Made by a program: the position numbers and the translations under genes. From a virus (Duplodnaviria; Caudoviricetes), in IMG/VR virus record IMGVR_UViG_3300042363_000655, positions 1 to 52,080 of that record: a stretch of DNA of 52,080 nucleotides; one strand, given 5' to 3'. A model generated the notes under the pieces. That model searched no databases. It saw only the letters and a list, made by a program, of their open reading frames with translations, and was not told where the DNA came from. Of this stretch, positions 9,059 through 19,137 are shown in pieces. Numbering within the stretch: position 1 is the first letter of the stretch; every line of letters begins with the position of its first letter.

Positions 9059-9277
9059 ATGAGTAAAATAGAAGAGGCTATTGCCAAGAGGTTATTAGAG
9101 AGGGCTGATGTAGGCTTCCGGAAGTACGGTGTAACTATGGAGAGAGATGATCTCAACTTTTTAGACTGGTTAACACATTTACAGGAAGAATTATTAGACG
9201 CTGCGGTTTACGTAGAAAAATTAAAAGGTTATGCCCAAGAAAATACCACAACTAGTCAAGCTAGTACAGGAGAGTAA
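9059..9277 (+). CDS. small all-alpha phage protein (KYG...QEELLDA; possibly MazG-like)
   Basis: EExxD acidic motif. Confidence 0.55.
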   Translation: MSKIEEAIAKRLLERADVGFRKYGVTMERDDLNFLDWLTHLQEELLDAAVYVEKLKGYAQENTTTSQASTGE

Positions 9278-10163
9278 GATTAAGCAAACAAAAGCTAACA
9301 AACATATTTCATATAGCCAGTTATCTAGTTTTGAAAATTGTCCTAAGCAGTGGTACTTAACTTACGTAAGAAATTTAGCTCCTTATAAACCATCCATACA
9401 TGCTGTATTCGGTACAGCTATGCATGAGACTATACAGTCCTGGTTAGACGTTCTTTATAACGGTACAATAAAGAAAGCTAACGAAATGGATTTACATAAG
9501 CTTTTACAAGAGAATATGGTGAAAGCCTATAAAGCTCAAAAAGCAATGTATAGCCATGAGCATTTTTCTGATCAAAATGAGATGAATCTATTCTACTTAG
9601 ACGGTATTCATATTCTCGATTTTATAAAGAAGAAGAGAGTCTTATATTTTTCTAGTAAAAATACTTACCTAGCTGGTATAGAAACTTTACTCTATCAAGA
9701 ACTAAGACCTGGAGTATTTTTTAAAGGATTAATTGATATAGTACTTTACAACGAAACAGTAGATAAGTGGTATATTATAGATTTAAAAACTTCTACATCA
9801 GGATGGTCTGACTACGTAAAGAAAGACGATACTAAAATAGCTCAGGTACTTTTATATAAAGAGTTTTTTGCTAAGCAGTTCAATATTGATATCGATAAGA
9901 TAGAAGTAGTATATTACATCTTAAAGAGAAAAGTGCCTATGGAAGCTGAATTTGCTTCTATGCAAAGACGAGTACAGGAATTCAAACCACCTTCCGGTAA
10001 GATAAAGACCGGTAAAGCAGTCGCAATGATGAATAGGTTTGTACAAGAGACTTTAGATGAAGCTGGAAACTTTTTTGATAAAGATTTTCAAGCTACACCA
10101 TCTGAAAGTAGTTGTAGATTCTGCGTTTTCAGAAATAATCCTATCTGCCCACAAGGTGTTTAG
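9231..10163 (+). CDS. PD-(D/E)XK nuclease, Cas4/RecB/AddB-like with Fe-S cysteines
   Basis: ISYSQL...CP, FGTAMH, GLID, IIDLKTS, QVLLY, C-terminal CRFC...C. Confidence 0.9.
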   Translation: MPKKIPQLVKLVQESKIKQTKANKHISYSQLSSFENCPKQWYLTYVRNLAPYKPSIHAVFGTAMHETIQSWLDVLYNGTIKKANEMDLHKLLQENMVKAYKAQKAMYSHEHFSDQNEMNLFYLDGIHILDFIKKKRVLYFSSKNTYLAGIETLLYQELRPGVFFKGLIDIVLYNETVDKWYIIDLKTSTSGWSDYVKKDDTKIAQVLLYKEFFAKQFNIDIDKIEVVYYILKRKVPMEAEFASMQRRVQEFKPPSGKIKTGKAVAMMNRFVQETLDEAGNFFDKDFQATPSESSCRFCVFRNNPICPQGV

Positions 10164-10205
10164 GTATTTTCTATATATTTATATATGTATATAATATTAT
10201 AAGTT

Positions 10206-10394
10206 ATGAGTAATGGTTCAAAAAAACTAACAACAGTCCAGTTGGAAGAAGATCTACTTCAACAGTTTAAATTTACCTGTGTAAAATATAAATTTTCTTT
10301 TCAAAAACTTGCTTCACGAGCAATTTTTCTTTATATTACAGATAAGGAGTTTAGAGATTTAATTCACCAACAGACAGACACAAAAGTTAAATAA
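10206..10394 (+). CDS. small ribbon-helix-helix-like DNA-binding protein
   Basis: Beta-strand KLTTVQL followed by two helices, 62 aa. Confidence 0.5.
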   Translation: MSNGSKKLTTVQLEEDLLQQFKFTCVKYKFSFQKLASRAIFLYITDKEFRDLIHQQTDTKVK

Positions 10395-10399
10395 GTTTC

Positions 10400-11854
10400 A
10401 TGCAAGAAAAAATTGGTTACTTAAAAAAAGAAGAGCGTAAAAAGATCTTACTTTTATGCGACGACATTCGAGTACATTCAGGAGTCGGAACAATGGCTAA
10501 GGAGATTGTCCTAGCAACAGCACACCGTTACAATTGGGTTAATTTAGGAGCTGCAGTAGTACATAAAGAGGAAGGTACTGTTATAGACTTATCCGAAGAC
10601 ACTGCTAAAGAGACAGGGATAGAAGATCCATCTGTTAAGATTTACCCTTGCACAGGATACGGTGATCCTTTTAAACTTAGAAAGCTTTTAAAAGACGAAA
10701 AGCCTGACGCTATCTTCATCTTTACAGATCCAAGATATTGGGTTTGGTTGTTTGATATGGAAAGAGAGATTAGATCTAAAATTCCTATCCTCTATCTTAA
10801 CATATGGGATAACTTTCCAGCACCTATGTACAACAAGCCTTATTATGAATCTGTAGATTTATTAATGGCTATCTCTAAACAGACTAAGTTAATTAATGAA
10901 CTTGTATTAGGAGACGTAGCTGAAGAAAAAGTTATTAAATACGTACCTCACGGAGTAAATGAAAAGTACTTCTTTCCAATTGACGAAAACTACGAAGATT
11001 GGGATAAGTTTGTAGACTTTAAAAAAGAAGTATTCAAAGGAAAAGATATCCAATACGTTGTATTCTTTAACTCACGAAATATTCATAGAAAGAAAGTTGA
11101 AGATTTGATTTTAGCTTATAGATTCTTCTGTGATAATATAGGACAGGAAGCAGCTAAGAAATGTGCATTAGTTATGCATACTCAAGTAGTAGATCAAAAC
11201 GGTACAGACTTAGCGGCAGTTAAAGAAGCTTTATGTGATCCTTCTTATGTGAATGTATTCTTCTCAGCAGAGAAGTTAAACACAGCACAGATGAATCTAC
11301 TTTATAACTTAGCAGATGTTACTGTACTTCCTTCTGCAAACGAAGGATGGGGATTATCTTTGACTGAGTCTATGATGGCAGGTACAATGATTATTGCAAA
11401 TGTAACAGGAGGTATGCAAGATCAAATGAGATTCTCTAAAGACGGTAAATGGGTTGAATTAAACAAAGACTTCCCATCTAACCATAGAGGTACTATTAAA
11501 GAGTGTGGTGAGTGGGCAGTACCTGTATTCCCTTCTAACCTATCGATAGTTGGATCACCTCAGACACCTTATATCTTTGATGATAGATGCTCTCCAGAAG
11601 ATCTAGCTCTAGCAATAGAAAAAGTCTATAGTATGACACCAGAAGAGCGAGAGAATAAAGGAGCTGAAGGACGCAAGTGGGTATTATCTGATGAAGCAAT
11701 GATGACAGCTACTAATATGGGTAAGAACGTTATTGCTGCTATCGATGAAACTTTTGAGAAGTTTAATCCTAGAGGTAAGTACGACCTTATCAAGGTAGGT
11801 ACTTTAGATACAAATTACATTCAACATAAATTAAGCAAATATAGTTATGAGTAA
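10400..11854 (+). CDS. glycosyltransferase family 4 (GT-B)
   Basis: YVPHGV, RNIHRK, LYNLADV..LPSANEGWGLSLTESMMAG. Confidence 0.92.
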   Translation: MQEKIGYLKKEERKKILLLCDDIRVHSGVGTMAKEIVLATAHRYNWVNLGAAVVHKEEGTVIDLSEDTAKETGIEDPSVKIYPCTGYGDPFKLRKLLKDEKPDAIFIFTDPRYWVWLFDMEREIRSKIPILYLNIWDNFPAPMYNKPYYESVDLLMAISKQTKLINELVLGDVAEEKVIKYVPHGVNEKYFFPIDENYEDWDKFVDFKKEVFKGKDIQYVVFFNSRNIHRKKVEDLILAYRFFCDNIGQEAAKKCALVMHTQVVDQNGTDLAAVKEALCDPSYVNVFFSAEKLNTAQMNLLYNLADVTVLPSANEGWGLSLTESMMAGTMIIANVTGGMQDQMRFSKDGKWVELNKDFPSNHRGTIKECGEWAVPVFPSNLSIVGSPQTPYIFDDRCSPEDLALAIEKVYSMTPEERENKGAEGRKWVLSDEAMMTATNMGKNVIAAIDETFEKFNPRGKYDLIKVGTLDTNYIQHKLSKYSYE

Positions 11855-13121
11855 AACAAAGGTCGTAGTAAGTTGTCCAATAGATACCTACTCTGGGTAT
11901 GGAGCAAGAGCAAGAGACTTTGTACAAGCTCTTTTAGAGTTAAATAAATACGATGTACGAATTTTATCACAACGATGGGGTAATACTAGACAAGGTTATT
12001 TAGAAGATCATAAAAGAGATGACTTATCTAGTCTAATTATACCTCAGTTAACATATGAACCAGATGTATGGATTCAGATTACAGTTCCTAATGAATTCCA
12101 GAGAGTAGGAAAATATAATATTGGAGTAACAGCTGGTATTGAAACTACCTTAGCATCTCCACAATGGGTGATGGGCTGTAATGTTATGGATTTAGTGATT
12201 ACATCTTCAAAGCATTCTAAAGTGGTCTTTGAAGAGAGTAAGTACGATATGATCGATCAAGCAAAAGGTATTAGAGAAAAGATTGAATTAAAAAAACCTA
12301 TAGAGATTCTTTTCGAAGGAGCAGATACAAACAAGTACACTCCTTTAGCATTACCTACAAAATTCCAGTTAAAAGATATACCAGAGAACTTCTGCTTCTT
12401 GACTGTAGGTCACTGGCTACCAGGTTCATTAGGACATGATAGAAAGAATATTGGCTTACTTGTTCGATTGTTCTTAGAGACATATAAGAATAAACCAAAC
12501 CCACCAGCTCTTATTTTAAAGACAAGTATGGCTACTTCTTCTATTATGGATCGAAATAGGATTCTAAATAATATTGAGAAGATTAAAAATGAGGTTAAAG
12601 GTACTTTGCCGAACATCTACCTACTTCATGGAGATCTATCAGACGAAGAGATGAACGAACTGTATAATAACTCTAAAGTAAAAGCTATGATTAGCTTAAC
12701 TAAAGGAGAAGGATTTGGAAGACCTCTATTAGAATTCAGTTTAGTAAATAAACCAATCATCGCTTCAGCTTGGTCTGGACAGGTAGACTTCTTAGATAAA
12801 GAATTATCTATATTAGTAGGAGGAGAGTTAAAACCACTTCATAAAAGTTCTATACAGAATGAAGTACTTGTAGAGGGTAGTAGCTGGTTCTTCCCTTATG
12901 ATAATCATGCTATGGCAGCTATGAAAGAGGTGCAGAAGAATTATGATAAGTATAGAGTTAATGCTAAGAAATTAGGATACAAAAATAGAACTAATTTTAG
13001 CTTCGAAAAAATGAAAGAAGCTTTGGATGAGATTTTAACAAACTACGTACCGATCTTCCCTAAACAAATAGAGCTGATGCTCCCTAAATTAAATTTACCA
13101 AAACTAGAAAAAATAGACTAA
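11847..13121 (+). CDS. glycosyltransferase family 4 (GT-B)
   Basis: SGYG, RKNIG, TKGEGFGRPLLEF. Confidence 0.9.
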   Translation: MSKTKVVVSCPIDTYSGYGARARDFVQALLELNKYDVRILSQRWGNTRQGYLEDHKRDDLSSLIIPQLTYEPDVWIQITVPNEFQRVGKYNIGVTAGIETTLASPQWVMGCNVMDLVITSSKHSKVVFEESKYDMIDQAKGIREKIELKKPIEILFEGADTNKYTPLALPTKFQLKDIPENFCFLTVGHWLPGSLGHDRKNIGLLVRLFLETYKNKPNPPALILKTSMATSSIMDRNRILNNIEKIKNEVKGTLPNIYLLHGDLSDEEMNELYNNSKVKAMISLTKGEGFGRPLLEFSLVNKPIIASAWSGQVDFLDKELSILVGGELKPLHKSSIQNEVLVEGSSWFFPYDNHAMAAMKEVQKNYDKYRVNAKKLGYKNRTNFSFEKMKEALDEILTNYVPIFPKQIELMLPKLNLPKLEKID

Positions 13122-13122
13122 T

Positions 13123-13572
13123 ATGGATACTTTAACAATCTGTAAAAGATGTGGTGGAAATGCTTGCTACGAGCAGCATATAGACGAAGCTACAAAGACA
13201 TGGTTATGTATGGCTTGTGGTTTTACTACCTCAACAGTAATGCAAGATAATGGAGCAGTTGTAAAAACAGCTGTAGAGTCCTCACCAGAGTTATACAAAG
13301 ATTTAAAATTTGTAGATGATAAGAACCTTGCATGGTTACCTGCTACTATTACTATACCTGAAAAAGGAATGGTATTCTTAGACGGTACAACTGCTAAGGA
13401 CTGGGTATGGGCTGGAGTACGAGCAATCAAATTAACACAAGAAGAAATTGATAGCAAGAAGTATCCAGAAGGACATAACTTTAAAATGGATATGCAAAAC
13501 TTAAAGCAATTCGGACAGAGAGATTTTATGGATGCTTTAGAGTATATCGGATTCTTTCAAGTAGAAATGTAA
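13123..13572 (+). CDS. zinc-ribbon protein
   Basis: CKRCG and CMACG. Confidence 0.7.
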   Translation: MDTLTICKRCGGNACYEQHIDEATKTWLCMACGFTTSTVMQDNGAVVKTAVESSPELYKDLKFVDDKNLAWLPATITIPEKGMVFLDGTTAKDWVWAGVRAIKLTQEEIDSKKYPEGHNFKMDMQNLKQFGQRDFMDALEYIGFFQVEM

Positions 13573-13573
13573 T

Positions 13574-14200
13574 ATGAAAATTAGTTACGCTATAACCGTT
13601 TGTAATGAGTACGAAGAGATTCAAAAATTAGTAGAGTTTCTTCGTACTAAGAAACGTATACATGATGAAGTAGTAGTTTTATACGATCAAAAAAACGGAG
13701 ATGAGCGGATAGCTAAATGGTTAACTAAGCAGAATATTTATCCAAATATTCAATTCTGGAGAGGTTTAGGCTTCGACGGTCATTTTGCTGATTGGAAAAA
13801 TAAACTAACTGAGTACTGTACTGGAGATTATATCTTTCAGATTGATGCAGATGAGATGCCATCTGAAAGTTTAATTAACATCATACCTCATGTTATTGAT
13901 ATGAATCCTGATAACGATGTTTACCTAGTTCCTAGAATTAACACAGTAGAAGGACTAACTCAAGAACATATTAAAAGATGGGGATGGAAAGTAGACGGAA
14001 GCGGCTGGGTAAATTTTCCTGATTACCAATGGCGAATTTGGAAAAATAAACCTGAGATAAAATGGGTTAATAAAGTACATGAACGTTTAGATGGATTTAA
14101 AACCTACTCAGCATTGCCTGCAGAATCAAGCTTTTGTTTATACCACCCTAAAGATATTGCTCGACAAGAAAGACAAAACAGTTATTACGAAACTTTATAG
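13574..14200 (+). CDS. glycosyltransferase family 2
   Basis: ISYAITVCNE, YIFQIDADE, PDYQWR, KVHE. Confidence 0.9.
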   Translation: MKISYAITVCNEYEEIQKLVEFLRTKKRIHDEVVVLYDQKNGDERIAKWLTKQNIYPNIQFWRGLGFDGHFADWKNKLTEYCTGDYIFQIDADEMPSESLINIIPHVIDMNPDNDVYLVPRINTVEGLTQEHIKRWGWKVDGSGWVNFPDYQWRIWKNKPEIKWVNKVHERLDGFKTYSALPAESSFCLYHPKDIARQERQNSYYETL

Positions 14201-14202
14201 TT

Positions 14203-14505
14203 ATGAATATATACGTAGACATAGATGAAACGATTTGCTATTACGAAGGAGAAAGAGAATATGAATACGCAATCGGCATTCCAGAAAATATAGAGAAGAT
14301 AAATAAACTTTACGAAGAAGGAAATACAATTACATACTGGACTGCAAGAGGGACTGTACATAGAGATAGAATCCCTGAATACGAAGACCTAACCTTATAT
14401 CAATTAAATGCATGGGGTGCAAAATTCCATCAACTAATTGTAGGAGAAAAACCTGCTTATGATTTAATTATCTGTGATAAAAGTAGGAGAATTGAAGAAA
14501 TTTAA
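14203..14505 (+). CDS. capless HAD-superfamily phosphatase
   Basis: DIDET motif I, WTAR motif II, KP..D...D motifs III/IV. Confidence 0.85.
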   Translation: MNIYVDIDETICYYEGEREYEYAIGIPENIEKINKLYEEGNTITYWTARGTVHRDRIPEYEDLTLYQLNAWGAKFHQLIVGEKPAYDLIICDKSRRIEEI

Positions 14506-14517
14506 TTATATTAAAAT

Positions 14518-15369
14518 ATGAAAAAGACTTACATTATCGCCGAGATCGGAATCAACCATAATGGTGATCTCAAAAACGCACTTAGACTTATCGATATTGC
14601 TGCCGCTGCAGGATGTGACGCTGTTAAGTTTCAGAAAAGAAACCCAGATGTATGCGTACCAGAGCATCAGAAGAATATTATGAGAGATACTCCATGGGGT
14701 CAAATGACTTACTTAGACTATAAGTATAAGGTAGAGTTCGAAGCACCGGAGTATAACGCTATTGCTGCTCATTGTGAAGCACATGGTATAGAGTGGTCTG
14801 CATCTCCTTGGGATATGGATTCTTTAGAATTCTTAAAGCAGTACGACGTACCGTTCTTAAAAGTTCCATCAGCTATGTTGACTAACGATGAGTTGTTAGA
14901 AGGATGTGTAGCTTCTGGAAAGCGAGTTATCTTCTCAACAGGAATGTCTACTAAAGAAGAAATTGATCATGCAGTAATGGTGTTACGTAAAGCTAAGCTT
15001 GTACATAACAATCCTCATAAGATCGGACTACTACATTGCAACTCTACATACCCAGCACCTATTAATGAATTAAACCTATCAGGTATCCAGACCCTACAGG
15101 CAGAGTATCCTGATTTTGAGATTGGATATTCAGGTCATGAGTTTAGATTAGGCACTACCGTTGCAGCAGTCTACTTAGGAGCATCTATCATTGAACGTCA
15201 TATTACATTAGATAGACAAATGTGGGGTTCTGATCATTTAGCATCGGTAGAGCCACAAGGTCTTTTCAAACTTGTAAGTGGTATTAGAGAATTAGAACAA
15301 GCCTATGGCGACGGTATAATACAGGTAACAGAATCAGAGAAACCAGTACGAGCAAAATTGAGAGGATAG
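14518..15369 (+). CDS. neuB: nonulosonic acid (N-acetylneuraminate/KDN) synthase, NeuB family
   Basis: IIAEIGINHNG, DAVKFQKR, STGM, LHCNSTYP, GYSGHE, IERHITLD, GSDH. Confidence 0.95.
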   Translation: MKKTYIIAEIGINHNGDLKNALRLIDIAAAAGCDAVKFQKRNPDVCVPEHQKNIMRDTPWGQMTYLDYKYKVEFEAPEYNAIAAHCEAHGIEWSASPWDMDSLEFLKQYDVPFLKVPSAMLTNDELLEGCVASGKRVIFSTGMSTKEEIDHAVMVLRKAKLVHNNPHKIGLLHCNSTYPAPINELNLSGIQTLQAEYPDFEIGYSGHEFRLGTTVAAVYLGASIIERHITLDRQMWGSDHLASVEPQGLFKLVSGIRELEQAYGDGIIQVTESEKPVRAKLRG

Positions 15370-16085
15370 TGTATAAATTAACAACAGACTTTCCAGTAGC
15401 AGTAGATTCCCCGGACCATGTATATCCTCAAGGTACTAAAAATATTTTAGGAGGTCCTTATTATACATGGTCTGATGGGCATAATCCTTTTGTAGACGAA
15501 GTTGTAGATTATTTTAAAAAACCTACTCTTAGAGTATTAGACTTAGGAGCAGCCAGCGGATATCTTGTATCAGATTTTTTAAGTAGAGGATGTCAAACAG
15601 TAGGGTTAGAAGGAAGCAACTGGCCTATTGTAAATAATGTAAGTAATTGGGAGAAGCTTGAAAATAAGAACCTATTCACATGCGATATTAGCAAACCTTT
15701 TCAGTTATTTGAATCAGATAAAGAAGCTAAGTTTGACTTAATAAATGCATGGGAAGTTATTGAACATATAGCTCCGAAAGATTTATCTACATTTGCGGAT
15801 AATGTATACAATCATTTAGCAGATGACGGAATTTTTGTATTCAGTTTATCTCCTTGGTTTGAACCTTCTAAGATAGATTCTAAAATAAACCTACACCTTT
15901 CCTATGAGATAAATAAGAAAGCTCAATGGAAAGAGATTTTTAATAAGTTTGAGTTCGTTGGACCATTATCAGAACAATATGATAGCGGCTACCATTATAT
16001 TTTTAACTATAGATACAGAGGAAAAGTGAGAGAAGCAGAAGGTGGGACTCATACTTTTTGGAGTACGCTACAAAAGAAGAAGTAA
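15369..16085 (+). CDS. class I SAM-dependent methyltransferase
   Basis: VLDLGAASG, FDLINAWEVIEHI; GTG start. Confidence 0.85.
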   Translation: MYKLTTDFPVAVDSPDHVYPQGTKNILGGPYYTWSDGHNPFVDEVVDYFKKPTLRVLDLGAASGYLVSDFLSRGCQTVGLEGSNWPIVNNVSNWEKLENKNLFTCDISKPFQLFESDKEAKFDLINAWEVIEHIAPKDLSTFADNVYNHLADDGIFVFSLSPWFEPSKIDSKINLHLSYEINKKAQWKEIFNKFEFVGPLSEQYDSGYHYIFNYRYRGKVREAEGGTHTFWSTLQKKK

Positions 16086-16774
16086 TGCTTGCAAAATACA
16101 AAGATAAAAAAATACTAATACTAGGAGGAGGTCAATCTACTTTAGACACTAAGTGGGAAAACCTCCCTTATGATTATGTATGGACCTGTAATGACTTTTA
16201 TTTAGAACCTCGAGTACTAAATCAAGAGATAGACCTATACGTACTTGCGTACACAACTCCTCTTAAAGAAGAAAAATTGGTTAGTAAATTAACTAACAGT
16301 AACACTACAGTTATTTACGAAACATCTCATTACAGAGGTAAAGAACGAACACCAGGTTTTAAAGCTTTTAAAGAAGCTATTAACATACCGATTCACGAAA
16401 CAGAATTACAATTCTTCAAAGATAATCAACGACCGGCATATAAATCCGGAGCAGCTTTTAGGTTAATACAGCTTGCCTTATCTACAGAAGCTAAGACAAT
16501 TTACTTTGCAGGCTTTGATGGATTCAATAAAGACTTTAGTAACATCCACGCCTTTACAAAACATAAAGGACTCAAAGATACAGATACAAGAAGAGATTAC
16601 GAAGGACATCCAATGTCCTATTTAAGTATTTTTACAGATGCTTTTAACGTTTTAAAAGGAGTCAGAGGTCATGAGACCTTACAAAACCTAGGAGAAGGAT
16701 TTGATTACAATATAGGAACTCCAATAAGTAGAGAATTCTTTCCATTAACAGAAGAAACAAAAAACCTAATATGA
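16085..16774 (+). CDS. Maf/sialyltransferase-like Rossmann protein
   Basis: ILILGGGQS, VWTCN, SG, IYFAGFDG motifs; likely start at ATG 16085. Confidence 0.6.
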   Translation: MLAKYKDKKILILGGGQSTLDTKWENLPYDYVWTCNDFYLEPRVLNQEIDLYVLAYTTPLKEEKLVSKLTNSNTTVIYETSHYRGKERTPGFKAFKEAINIPIHETELQFFKDNQRPAYKSGAAFRLIQLALSTEAKTIYFAGFDGFNKDFSNIHAFTKHKGLKDTDTRRDYEGHPMSYLSIFTDAFNVLKGVRGHETLQNLGEGFDYNIGTPISREFFPLTEETKNLI

Positions 16775-17478
16775 AAGATATAGCAGAAGTTGCTTTTGTA
16801 GTACAAGCAAGACTTAACAGCCAAAGAGTACCTCGTAAGATGATTAAGCCTTTCGCTGATACAAACCTATTTGAGTTAGTATTAGATAAGTTATTAGCTT
16901 CTAATATAATCCCACGCAACAACATTGTAGCTTCAGTACACGAAGAAGAGTTATCAAATATAGCAGCTCAGAAAGGAGTTTACGTATTTGGAAGAAGCTA
17001 CGAATCAGCAAATAACGACAATAGCTTACAGAAGATATATGAATGGCATGATAAGTTACCTCCGTGGTACAAATATGTAGTTTTAATTTCCGGATGTAAT
17101 CCTATATTAACAACCCATACTATAGATTCATTTGTAAGACAGTTCTTAGTACAAGAAGAAGAAAACTTATTTGCAGTTATAGAAAAGAAACAATACTACT
17201 GGAATAAAGAAGGTGCGTTAGTAACTCCTTGGCCAGAAGATCAGACTATAATGAATACAAAAGCAGTAGAACCTACTTATGAAGCAGCTCACGTATTGTA
17301 TGCTTCGAGATTAGATTTGATTGCACAAGATAGGTTTATGGGAGATTTTCAAGCACCCGGAGGAATCAAATTATTCACTATGCCAGAATTAGAAGCATTC
17401 GATATCGACTATGACTGGCAGTTTAAAGTAGGAGAGGTTTTATATAATGAATTCTGCAACACCAAGCGTATTAGCTAA
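16771..17478 (+). CDS. neuA: acylneuraminate cytidylyltransferase (CMP-nonulosonate synthetase)
   Basis: VVQARLNSQRVPRKMIKPF, C-terminal DIDY. Confidence 0.88.
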   Translation: MKDIAEVAFVVQARLNSQRVPRKMIKPFADTNLFELVLDKLLASNIIPRNNIVASVHEEELSNIAAQKGVYVFGRSYESANNDNSLQKIYEWHDKLPPWYKYVVLISGCNPILTTHTIDSFVRQFLVQEEENLFAVIEKKQYYWNKEGALVTPWPEDQTIMNTKAVEPTYEAAHVLYASRLDLIAQDRFMGDFQAPGGIKLFTMPELEAFDIDYDWQFKVGEVLYNEFCNTKRIS

Positions 17479-18247
17479 AATACATACATCAGGAGATTCT
17501 TTTGATAGAATACAAGCATTAAAAGACGCGTACAAAGGACAGACTGCTTATTTAGTTACCTGTGGACCTTCTCTATTGACACACGATAGAGATGCTCTAA
17601 TAGAGAAACTAGAAGGTAAGTTAGTTATTGCATGTAAACAGTCTTATGAATATATTAAAGAGGTAGTAGATTTTCATTTACTATCTGTCTACAATTACCA
17701 ACCTTACGAATACTTCTCTGAGAATACAATCAGGCATTGGCAATTAACTGCTATGAATATTCAAGGAGAGTTAGATAGAATACAGCAATGGAATCAACGA
17801 ATTGATTTAGCTATTCCAGTCTACTCTACTCCCTGGGTTACTAAAGACCAGACTACTGCTTATACTAGAAATTTTGATAACTGGAAATTATACGGTGAAG
17901 GTAAAATAGTATGGGGACCTGGTATAATGTATGAATCAGGATTTCCTCTAGCATTGCATTTAGGATGTACAGACATTGTAACTATTGGATGGGATATTGG
18001 AGACTTAAGTAAGTACCCTTCTAAGAACCTAATGTCAGTAGATGAGAATTGGATAGACCAGCATGCTAAAGAACTCTACAAAGTAGACGTAGGAGGAGGG
18101 CCTGAGTACGAAGAGCTTTTACATACGATAGAATGTACGGATAAAATGTACGATTGGTTCTTGGAAAATGAAATAAAAGTTCGTATCTTATCAGAATCAA
18201 ATCCTGCTGATGAAAGGTTTGAACGTATTACTTTAGAACAGTTATGA
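17447..18247 (+). CDS. Maf/DUF115-like glycosyltransferase-type protein
   Basis: YKGQTAYLVTCGPSL, LALHLGC..IVTIGWD. Confidence 0.7.
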   Translation: MNSATPSVLAKIHTSGDSFDRIQALKDAYKGQTAYLVTCGPSLLTHDRDALIEKLEGKLVIACKQSYEYIKEVVDFHLLSVYNYQPYEYFSENTIRHWQLTAMNIQGELDRIQQWNQRIDLAIPVYSTPWVTKDQTTAYTRNFDNWKLYGEGKIVWGPGIMYESGFPLALHLGCTDIVTIGWDIGDLSKYPSKNLMSVDENWIDQHAKELYKVDVGGGPEYEELLHTIECTDKMYDWFLENEIKVRILSESNPADERFERITLEQL

Positions 18248-19137
18248 TATTATTCCAAATGCACATAATGTGGTATGAAGCCGAGATGGTTAATGAAACT
18301 CTCGATTCAATACAGGCTGCTTTAGAACAAGCACCTGACCTAGATGTACGTTTAAAATTCTGTATTAACAAGCAGACATACTTAGAGAAACCAGAAGTAG
18401 GAACAGTAGATGAGATGGTAGATAAATTTATAAACCATCCATTAATGAGTAGAGTTGAAATCTGGGAGAAAGATGATAGGTCTGAATTTTATAATATAGC
18501 TGACTGGAGACGAGAGATATATAACCCAAAAGCTAAATATGTAGTTTGGGGTGAGACAGATACATTACTACCGGTAGACTTCTTCTATATTCTTCAGCAT
18601 ACTGAAATAAAAACACCACACCTACTTACCTTTGCTTCTAGACCAATGTGGGATAATAGCTGGGATATTGTTACGCATAAAAATCTACAGGGTTACAGTA
18701 AGCCATGTAAATGCGGAGATAACCATAGAGAGGATTGTATAGAGCTTTTAGAAGCTCCTTTTAAGTATAAGGATGTAATAACACAAGAGCAGTTAGATAG
18801 CTTTAATCAAGAAAGCGATATAGAGATGCAACAAGTACCGTTAAAGATTGACGGGTCTCTTTTATGTATCTCTTCCGGAGTACCTTATCCTTGGATACCT
18901 GCTGATATGCATTTTGTACGAGAAGATACTTGTGCAGAGAATTTCTTTAAAGCTAAGTTAATACCTCAAGTATGTATAACAACTAGACTAAAAGGACATA
19001 ACTACTGGCATCCAAAGAAGAGAGTGAATACATCAGCTACTCGAAATGATGAGTTGTTTAAAGTATACGCAAAGAAGAGTGAAGACGCAATGATAAAATT
19101 TCTAAGAGAAGTATATGAATCTAGTAACAATATATAG
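18244..19137 (+). CDS. GT-A-like protein
   Basis: VVWGETD motif; lies in the glycosylation cluster. Confidence 0.5.
   Translation: MILFQMHIMWYEAEMVNETLDSIQAALEQAPDLDVRLKFCINKQTYLEKPEVGTVDEMVDKFINHPLMSRVEIWEKDDRSEFYNIADWRREIYNPKAKYVVWGETDTLLPVDFFYILQHTEIKTPHLLTFASRPMWDNSWDIVTHKNLQGYSKPCKCGDNHREDCIELLEAPFKYKDVITQEQLDSFNQESDIEMQQVPLKIDGSLLCISSGVPYPWIPADMHFVREDTCAENFFKAKLIPQVCITTRLKGHNYWHPKKRVNTSATRNDELFKVYAKKSEDAMIKFLREVYESSNNI

Noticed and set aside
9231-10163. Cas4-like nuclease as evidence of CRISPR-Cas
   Set aside because: Solo PD-(D/E)XK nucleases are common phage recombination genes; no cas1/cas2 or array is present.
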